Origin: Lingula anatina
Lineage: Eukaryota; Animalia; Brachiopoda
DNA: 64,000 nucleotides
Assembly: GCA_051362555.1 (NCBI GenBank)
Contig: CM120646.1
Coordinates: forward strand, 5,022,001 to 5,086,000
Direction of reading: 5' to 3'
Positions within the stretch are counted from its first letter, which is position 1; each line of letters begins with the position of its first letter. The position numbers were made by a program, and so were the translations under genes. This document shows, in pieces, positions 54,863-64,000 of this stretch. The notes under the pieces were generated by a model. That model was given only the letters and a program-made list of their open reading frames with translations. It did not search any database and was not told the origin of the DNA.

Positions 54863-56254
54863 ACATGTAGCAAGAAATTCCACAATATAAGAATAACAGC
54901 AGAAAATTAAAAGTCTAACCCACAGACATCACCTATTTCGGCAAAATGGCGTATGTAAATAACGTCCCTTCCAACAATAGAGAAAAGCATACTCTTAACA
55001 ACAAAAGAATTCCAAAACTTATCTAATTGTTTATGTCATTTCTAATATTTATATATATCCAGTAGAGAAAGTCCCATCCTTTTAACTCTTGAAGTCTTGG
55101 ATTTGCCAATATTTCAATTTGAAACATTTCCCCTTTTCCTTCCATATTGTACCAATACAACACAAGTGGAACGTTTCAGTTTCTTTCTTAACATCTGCTA
55201 CCAGTAATTACACAAAATGACAAATCTGCTGAGTTTCTACATCAGCCATTGCAATATTGTATTATTCAGTTGTTGGAAAGATGCATTTTTTACCCCAAAA
55301 AAAATTAGACAAAAAAAGAATGAAAAAGGACCCCTTCTGAGAAATTGACATGCTCTCGCTGCCTGTAAGGTCAGAGTCAAGCAACCTACACATTTTACAT
55401 GCATTTTTCACCACAACTTTCATGTTCAACTCAACCTCTGGATGTGTGGTCTAGGTGATGAGTTACCACTAATTAATCAGTGCAAATAATGAGATTTACA
55501 CCCTACCATAAAGGATAATTTGTCCCATTGTACATAACCAGCAGAACATTAGCCAGCAGCTGAGAAAACACTGCTCACTTAGTCAACAGGTTGCCTCCAG
55601 ACACTTTTTAGGGCTTCAAGTTAATTTCTTCAAGTAGACACCATTTCTCAAGAATGTTCTATGTGTCAGCACAACTAAACACAACAGAACAACAAAATAT
55701 GTGCAAACCATCTCATTTTAAATACTTGGGACACAGTGCTTCTTGAATTACATTGCTCACCGATGCCACCTATTGATTAAACAACAAACTATTCACTATA
55801 CCACACATTTCAGTGCTGACCAAAATTATCCCCCCCCCCCCCCCCACTCCATTGTCCATACCCAAAAGGTCAACCACATAATGTCAATAAGACACTGGAC
55901 ATTTTATGGTCCCTGGTAGCTGGAGGGTAGGGAGGCCTGAGCTGACCCTACAACTGGCCCCACAACTGACCCTCTTCATGTGAAGACCACAGGAAAAGGA
56001 AACCCGATGGTATCAGGACGATATTTCCGCATCACTGGGTCAATATTTCTGCACCACTATCTATACACAAGACTCCAGTGACAATGGCATGGTGAAAAAA
56101 TACTTAAACTACAATTCTAAAGAGATTAGTTTTGCAGATGAGCTGGACCTCTTAAAGCCAGAGACCACAAATGGTACAATGCTTCTATATTTTTCACTCA
56201 TCCCTACTTGAATAAACATAACTTGATTTTGTTCATGGAATAATAAACAGTGCC

Positions 56255-56320
56255 ATCAAGATATTTTTATTCATTGTAAGGTTTGGAAGATTTGATATCA
56301 TCTGGCAGTGAGTCTAAATG
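56255..56320 (-). pseudogene. Possible decayed L2/CR1 ORF2 C-terminal fragment
   Basis: Translation LDSLPDDIKSSKPYNE*K resembles WNSLP.DIK.S.SL..FK. Confidence 0.33.
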
Positions 56321-57748
56321 CATCATCTGGATAAGAAAATGTGGTTTTTCTCTTTTGGATGGAGGATAAAGAAGAGACAGATATACATGTATTTGAAATA
56401 AAAGCAATGTGTTCTTCAGATAAATCTAAATAAAACGTCTTTTTTTCTAACAATACACGCTTACTAATAATATGTTAACTTCTTAAAGTGTTCCTTTGTA
56501 AAGTCTAGTGAACATCTTAAATGGATTTTAGACTTGATCATGAGAATAATTATATATAATAGATATTTTTATCGCCATAATCTCTCAAGTGAGCAGTATC
56601 CACTTTGTCCTGTCCAATTTCCCTGTCCATAATATCCATAATAATATCTTGATTTTTGTAGTTTAAGCCATACTTTGGGCGAAAACTAAAAAGACACACC
56701 TGCCTCAATACCCCCTCTGTCGACCCCCCCCCCCCCCCCCCACTCCCATCTGACTCTGAAACATGATAGAACAAAGAAAGTTTTGGAAGAAAATCTCACC
56801 TCCACCAGACAGAGGAAGCCGCCAGAACCCCCCTCCCCAGTTTACTCCCCTTTCAATTTCCCCCCCAATATCCCTGAATGGCACCAAGATTATTTTTCCG
56901 ACCTCTGCCCCACTGCCAACCATGTGCACAATACTGTAGCACCAAGGGTATTTGTGACTCCTTGTGTAACGCCACTAATTTCACCCCAAGGGGATGTACA
57001 TTGCCAGTCGACCATGGAGGAAGAAAAAGGCACCTCCATGCTTCACCCAGTGATGCTGTCAAGAAAACAAAATTTGTCCCCCGACGCGCTTTCCACCTTG
57101 TTCTTTTTACTGTGAGCGAAAACCACAAATATTCTTCCTGTGATGTAGAGCTAAAGTAAATTGAAAATCATGAAAGGTGTTTTATAAATTTTCAAATTTT
57201 TAGCCTGCAGCAGTGAAGCTGGTGCTGGAACCTTGCTACAATGGCGTGTCCTAAATAGAGGTAGCGTTAACACAAGAAAACAGGCCTCCCCTTGCCACAG
57301 GTGAGAAATCCTATTTTTACCCTTTTGTTTTAAATCAAACACTCACACCTGGACTTTGTTGAGAACTTCAGAAACATGCATCTTTGAATTTCTTAGCCCA
57401 GGGCGATGAAGGTTCTCCTGTACAAAGTATATACAATTTCAAAGGTTCCGTTTTCCTATTTTCTAATAATAGTCCATGATTTATAATTAGAAAGTCTCTC
57501 TTTCTGCATGGCCCCACAAAAAATATATTACAGAGACCCCAAATCAATTTTGCCACACAAACAAAATATTCTGAAATGGAAAGATAAATCAAATTCCTCA
57601 TAGCCCACTTATGTTCCACATGAAATGCTCCTGCACAGGTCTTGAAAGAAAATGAAAATCACCACTGAATAATCTAATGATATCCAACCTCAGAACTTGA
57701 AATTCAACTTAAATTTGAAAATAAAAAAAAGAAAATTTCATAACTCAC

Positions 57749-57813
57749 CACAGACCAAGAACCAAGCAGACACCATTGTACCACATCCAAAAGAATACTA
57801 CTGCTATGTTCAT
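57749..57813 (-). other. Candidate first coding exon with a hydrophobic, signal-peptide-like sequence (MNIAVVFFWMWYNGVCLVLGL)
   Basis: ATG at 57813 open to donor GTG|GTGAGT at 57749/57748 (phase 2); lies within a CpG-richer segment (57820-58340) that has another donor, AAG|GTAAAC, near 58041. Confidence 0.33.
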
Positions 57814-60079
57814 TGAAGTGTGCTCCGTTTTTCAAACCAAAAATACCCTAGGGGCAGGCAGTAGCCTGAGGCTAAACCCCTTGAGCAGTTCAACCATGTC
57901 TTCTAATCGCGTTTTAGGCACGTATGAAATGCGCTATGTTAGGTGGTGTATTTCCTCACGGGTCAACCCACTTCCTCCCTCAGGCGTTACTCTACTATGT
58001 GAATGGACCAAACGGTGGGTTTAAAAAAAGAATTTGTTTACCTTCCCTTTGCAGATCTCCACAAAAGAGTGTATAGGTTTAGTGCCTTGAGTCACACGTC
58101 TTCAGGAGAAGCAGAATGGCTGCCTGCCCCTGCGACCTCAGCCATTCTCCGCCTCATCATGGCTCGTGGAGACCGGCTGCCAATCCTCGTCAAATTGCAC
58201 AGAAAATGCTGCTTTCTTTTCACGCAAATTATTACCACTGTGACACCTGTAAGCTTCTGTTTGTTTATTTGGTCTATAAACCACACTTCTAAAGGCGTCT
58301 AGCAATGTTGGCGCTTTCAGGTTATGACATCGCAATTATGTCAACGTTCCCCCTGACCCCTCCTCTTCTTCCACCTGACCCTGCCTCTCATACATGCCTT
58401 ATTTACTTTGTATTCCATCTCCTTGCATTGGTCAAATTGTTAATTCTGTTACAAATAAATACAATGTATTAAGAAATTGGATGTTGACTATTATTCCCTC
58501 CATTTCTGCGCCATTTCATCGAGCTGCAAAGGCATGGCTTTGTGACGGGCAAATAAAAACGCAACAAGGTTTTCTTCTCTCGTCAGGCAAGAAAAGTTAG
58601 ACGCTGTGTCCACAGAGAAGGCAAACAATAACACTCCCCACGGACACATTGTGAAATGATGAGTGTAAAAAAAAGAAACTCACTGTGTTGGAAATAAAAT
58701 CGGTGTACCTGATTCTATGTTTGGACCATTAATCCTTTGTGAATAAATTATGTTCACGGCAAATTACATTCAAGACTTTCTTAAAAATATATGGGAAAAG
58801 TATTTTTTGTTATGAACATTTTCAAGAGGATTATAAAAAGCACTAATAAGAATGATTTGATTGAGTATACATTACACTTTGGCTCAATATTTAATATCGC
58901 TGTTAAACAAGTTATGTTATGCCTGCCTATATGAAACACTTAAAGCATTGTTTATTTAGCTAAAAAATGTCTACATGATCTACTTTCAGCCCATTCAAAT
59001 TAATGCTAACTAGCATATTTACACCTCACAGAAAGCTAGTATAGTTCATTCAAAAAGCCAGCCTATCCATTTCAATTCCAAGTCAATAGACCCAATTTTA
59101 AGAAAAGCAATTGAAATAAATTGAACAGTATTGGTAAATATTGTTTAAATAAGAGTAGTATTGCTACATTATAATATGAAAGATAAAATTTTCTTTGGAC
59201 AAAAAATGTTAGCTTTTGGTTTACCTGTTAGGAAACTTGTATAAGAAGAGAATCTGATTTGAGGACGGGTAAAAATAAAAATTGCTAACAACAGACTATT
59301 TGTTAAGTAGAGACGAAAGCGGACAATTAAAAAAATTAAAATGTTTGCACTGAAGGCATGCAGGTCCGTATGTGTGTGGAGGGGGGGGGGGGGGGGGGGG
59401 AAGCATAAATACAACACCTTTTACCCAGATAAATCAGGAAATTATTTTAAGTTTTGATTGAAAGCAGTATATCACTCTTATGAATGATAAAGACAGGCTG
59501 TTTTCAAAGGCAAAGTTCTGAGTTCCTTGAAGTACCCTAACACACTTCACTCAAAACAGAGGAACTAGCGTGCTCCATTTCTTGAAAATCCTTTTGACCA
59601 GAAAGGACCAGAATGCTCACTAACTATTACTATTTTTCCTTAACTATTATCTTTTCAATCCTAATTAATCCTAATTTTCTACCTAAATATAATTCACATA
59701 TAGAGGAATAAACATACAAAAAATGGGTCTTCCAACTTTTTTACTTTTTTTAATATTTTCACTTTAAGTGTCAAATATCCTTCCAAAATGGAAAAAAAAT
59801 ACCACGGAATGGCCCATACTTGTTGTAATGGAACCTTTCTTAACCCAACAAATATGGAAATATTTTAAGTCATTTATATTGAGTTACCTTACCAGTCAAG
59901 GTGGGTAAAAATCTGCTACTCAGAACTACGCGTCATTGGTACATCTTCCAAGATGAAACATCTGTCTCCATGGCATCAATGTAACACATTTACACCTTCA
60001 TCGTACCCTTAAAAAGAAAATATATCATTTTTCTCATAAATATTATAAAATGTAAAACTAATGAACACCAAAAGGAATT

Positions 60080-60520
60080 ACCACTAACAGCATCCTTCAA
60101 TTCTGTTATATACACAAATACTAGTTGATATATGAAGGTCAAGGGTTTCAAAATACCAACATCTCTAGTAATGTTTATCAGTTGTAATAAAAAAAAACAA
60201 AGGTCACTCAGAGATTTAAAATAGAATTTATAATCAAATATAATGTATAAATGGCTTCCTTCAAGATGCATTCTACTCCAGACTAAAACAGACTAGGAAT
60301 AAGCTACCAGAACATTGCCCACAAAGTAACATGGAACAAAAAGTCCCCACCCCACCTCGATCCAATATGCAATAGCTCTTTTAAACAAAGATATTGGGCC
60401 TATTCCACAAAAATCATAATGTATCAATACTCTCAATATTTCAACCACAAGCTGCATATTTATATCAACTAAGTCAGATTCAGCATGGATTAAAAAAGAC
60501 AAAAAAATTCCAGTCTTCAA
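60080..60520 (-). pseudogene. Decayed L2/CR1-type LINE RT fragment
   Basis: Motifs occur in the expected order: TGIFL...DLVD...ILRVLIHY..GI, then HLEGSHLYI...INITRDVGILKPLTF...VYITELKDAVS (compare GIFLD..KAFD.VDH.ILL.KL.HYGI ... YLS.R.QYV ... ITCGVPQGSILGPLLFL.YINDL). Confidence 0.4.
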
Positions 60521-62609
60521 TTTTTAGATATAAAGAATTTCCACAAAACTGATGACCGGGTAAAATATATACTAGTACAGTTTTCTTCCCTGGTACACTT
60601 TTAAAAATATCTTTTAAGTTTTTAAAATACTATATTTCTTAAATCCTATGGACATCAACCTATATATCTATAGATACAGTAAGTATTCAGGATGTCCACT
60701 GTGAGCACACTCCCTTACCATTTCTGCCACCACTATCTGCAGCGTCTCAAGAACCCCCTAAATGTACCGTTAGAAATACCCAATGGCAACTGTCAATATT
60801 TCCCTAGGAAGTCTATTCCCTCTTAAACTCGACAAAATGTTGACACATTAAGCCTAGTCGGTCTGTAAATTTTGTAGTTGACGGCTTTAATCCAATAAAC
60901 TGAAGAAGGGATTAGGCTGAACGACCTTTAACAAGGCTACTGTTGGCTGTGATTAACACTTCAGTTTTTGACTTGGTTGGAATAGGACACCCTTTTGAAA
61001 ATTTTGTTTGATCGAGAGATTGTGTTTTCTTGTTTAATTTTAAGATTTTGATTGATTCTTCTTTGACGACAAAGCTGACGTTAGGGTTGAAAATGTTTGA
61101 ATTAACCCCTAGAAGCAAATCCATAATAGTTCACTAGTCAGGAACACATACTAGTGCTTCTTGGAGAGTAAAAAAAAAATACTAGTATAAACCTTCTTTC
61201 ATTATCTTGCACTCCAAATTATGTAGTAGCCAACATGTCATTGCTTAGAAAGCAACATCCATTTACAACGACTTACAAATTTTGTGCCATTTTTTATATA
61301 TGTATATATAATATTTTTCTTTAATGCTTGCATTTAATCTTTTAGTTCCTAAACTAGTCAGAACATAAAGTGGAAGAAGTCTTCATCACTTCTTTTGTGA
61401 TTTACAATCAATAAAAATAACTTAACAGTGAAAAATGTAGGATTTTGCAAGGGGGAATGGGAGACAAGATTTCATAAAATAGTACTAATGAAGTTATATA
61501 CAAATTCTTTTTTTTTTTTTTTCAATTTTTTTATTTTCTGAAATTTTCATTTATTTCACAGAAAATATTAAGTGTTAGATAAGAACAATATTTTAATTGG
61601 TAGGTCACCAGAATGGATAACTTGCTTTTTTGTCTCATTTTGCTGGTTATCAGTTGTTTTTAGAATGAAGAATGATGAAGAAGAAGAAGTTTAAGCGAGT
61701 AATGGCATATACAAAGTATAAGTTTATATCTATGTGGTATTTCTAAGTTTGAAACTCAACAGAGAGAAGGTTGATATGAATAAGATATCGCTAAAGAGAC
61801 TCAGAAAATGATTTTTTTTATGCCAGAATCTCATACAAAACTCTTGTAGTCTCTCTGGAGTCTTCTTTCTAATTATGACAACATACAATCATTGCATGCC
61901 ATCACACAGCAGGAGCACACTTAGCACACTCATGGCAGAGCTATTTCAGACCCTATTAAACCTCCTCTCTACCAAGGGGGGTGACATTTAAAGAATATCC
62001 ACATATATCAGTCAGTTGCAGTGTGTATTTGAGCAGAAAAGTTGATGACGTGGTCTCCTTGCCACCTCTATACAGAGCAGTGACATCGTTCTATGTAGGT
62101 CTGCTGTAATCCAGAGAACCATGAAATAATTTTCCAGCTGATCAAGCAAGCTGCATGGTTGACGCGAGAGAGATGGACCAGATTTTTACGCCTCAGTGTT
62201 CGCAATTTTGTGGTCTAGAGGACAGATATGATGAGGTATTCTACCAGAGTGCATATTAACTGTGCAGTTTTACAGAGTTTTAAATGTTTTGGATCTAATT
62301 ACTATGTACAGCAAATGTTGTGTTACATATTTGTGGAAATAAAAGTACAGATTAATCTGAAAGTTACAAGGTTACAAATAACCTAGACAGATAATATATT
62401 TGACAAATATCTTACAGTCAAGTAAAGGCGTACAAAAAAGTCTCAAATCCATGAAGCACTTGATCCACAGTATTTTATAAATGTTCACAGGCTTGTACAC
62501 AAGCACTTAGAGATACTGAAAAGAAAATTTTCACTTATGGTAAAATTGCAGCATTTTAGTGTGTATCAAAGAACCATATGTCCCCAGATATCATATAAAT
62601 GACCTCTAA

Positions 62610-62832
62610 GAGTGCATTCCCAGAGATTTAGATCGATCCAATGGACCATCCGGATCGTCCTAACTCCCTGGGGGTTCACGCTAAATTGCAGTCAGTCGAG
62701 AGCGCACAACAGTTGATTACCCCCTTACAGCTTTTAGTAGGCGGGACAGACGCTTAAGCCAGCTAAGCTGACAGTAATCTAGTAAGACTCCCCACAGGGA
62801 TAGATCAATCTAAAATCTGAGGGAATGGGGTC
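62610..62832. mobile_element. MITE family A, copy 2 (223 bp, opposite orientation to copy 1)
   Basis: TAA TSD (62607-09, 62833-35); TIRs gagtgcattcccagagatttagatc / gatcaatctaaaatctgagggaatggggtc; the interior ttacccccttacagct..tagtaggcggg.cagacgcttaagcc is the reverse complement of ~47793-47836. Confidence 0.88.
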
Positions 62833-62860
62833 TAACAGACCATTCCCATAACCCTATACT

Positions 62861-62956
62861 GACTGGCATCTAATTTTTTCTGTCGGAAGATGGTCAAAAA
62901 ATGAAGGATTGATCAACAAAGATAAATTAGAAGACTACCAGAAATATCTGCCCCTG
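62861..62956. mobile_element. Truncated second copy (right half) of the 32621-32788 MITE
   Basis: ggcatctaattttttctgtc.gaaga.ggtcaaaaa...tcaacaaaga.aa...atctgcccctg aligns to 32686-32788. Confidence 0.85.
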
Positions 62957-64000
62957 TGACAGGTCTAGTAACTATATCATACGCTCTGCTACAGAACCCC
63001 AAAATTAAGATGACTAGATAAGAAATTGGTAAGTAATGTAGTATATACTTAAAACTTGCCGATAACTGACATAGTCCAAAAGGCATGCTTTTGCTTGTAT
63101 TTGAACATTTGAAAATGAAGAAGCTTAGCTGACAGATATCACAATGAACAGTCAGACACTTATTGCAAAATTAATCCAAACATTATTTTCTTGCAAAACT
63201 CAAGGAGTGGTAGGGTGGGGAAACATTTTCTCCTACTCACAAATCAATGTGTGGTCTATCCCCACATTTGGATTTGGCATTTAATAACAATTTTAATGAA
63301 ATGATTTTTTTCGAAATGTCATTTAGACCAACTGGCTGTTGACAGTCATGAAAAGTGCACTAAGTCGAGTGTCTTAGGCCTCATTCATTTAAGCTGATTG
63401 CACTCAGCAAGAGTTCCTGCAGAGTTGGATCTATGTAAACTGATGGAGTTTATGGGAATTGGGTCTTATTCACATAACACAAGAAAATCATACAATGTTT
63501 TATAGCAGGCCTTTGTGCCATACAAAATACAGACAATTTTCTTGAAAAACTTCATAAAATGGTATGGCAACCACCTTGGTTCTAAAGGTAAATACTAAAT
63601 TTGGTACACTTCAAACACACTTTCCTTTAAAGGGCTTCAACATCTAACTAACTTTGGAAGTATTAGAAGCTTTACAGGATCATAGGTCATTTTCAAATGC
63701 ATGCAGATGACTTTTAATTATTAAGCTACAAAATTTAACTAAAAGTGCATGGTGTAGTCTTTTCCCTTTGCAAACCCCTGTATGAATTGCCATAGGGTCA
63801 TTGGAAGCAAGTTGGGGAGACACTGTTAATACAGACAAGGTACAGGGTCTGTATTTTTCAATCTACTGTCTTTTATCCCTTCCAGTTTTGATTCCATGAG
63901 GACATATTAACCGAAGTTACATCCAACAATTAATATCACCCAGGGCATGAAATAGCCATTTCAGAACACAAGCTAGTAAATGCCAATTTAATGCCGTTAA

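Noticed and set aside
56783-57115. Pro-rich 110-aa ORF
   Set aside because: Arises from C-rich low-complexity sequence; no homology or splice support recognised.

Overview
This is AT-rich animal genomic DNA, not prokaryotic. It has microsatellites, poly-A/T runs and many short DNA-transposon relics, and the repeat types suggest a marine invertebrate (inference only). None of the supplied ORFs looks like an intact protein-coding gene. Best-supported features: (i) a ~1.47 kb non-autonomous Helentron/HINE (DINE-1-like) element at 1163-2630; (ii) a 687-bp PIF/Harbinger deletion derivative at 44822-45508 with perfect 31-bp TIRs, a CTG target-site duplication (TSD) and a frameshifted HARBI1-like transposase N-terminus; (iii) several MITE families, including an abutting and nested cluster at 47721-48274 with sister copies at 53619-53793 and 62610-62832; (iv) weak, very old LINE reverse-transcriptase remnants. 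Scattered splice and promoter signals on the minus strand suggest the window is the long 5' intronic region of a leftward-transcribed gene with alternative first exons, but this needs RNA data. I found no convincing novel biological system; the findings are mostly transposon architecture and cis-regulatory candidates.
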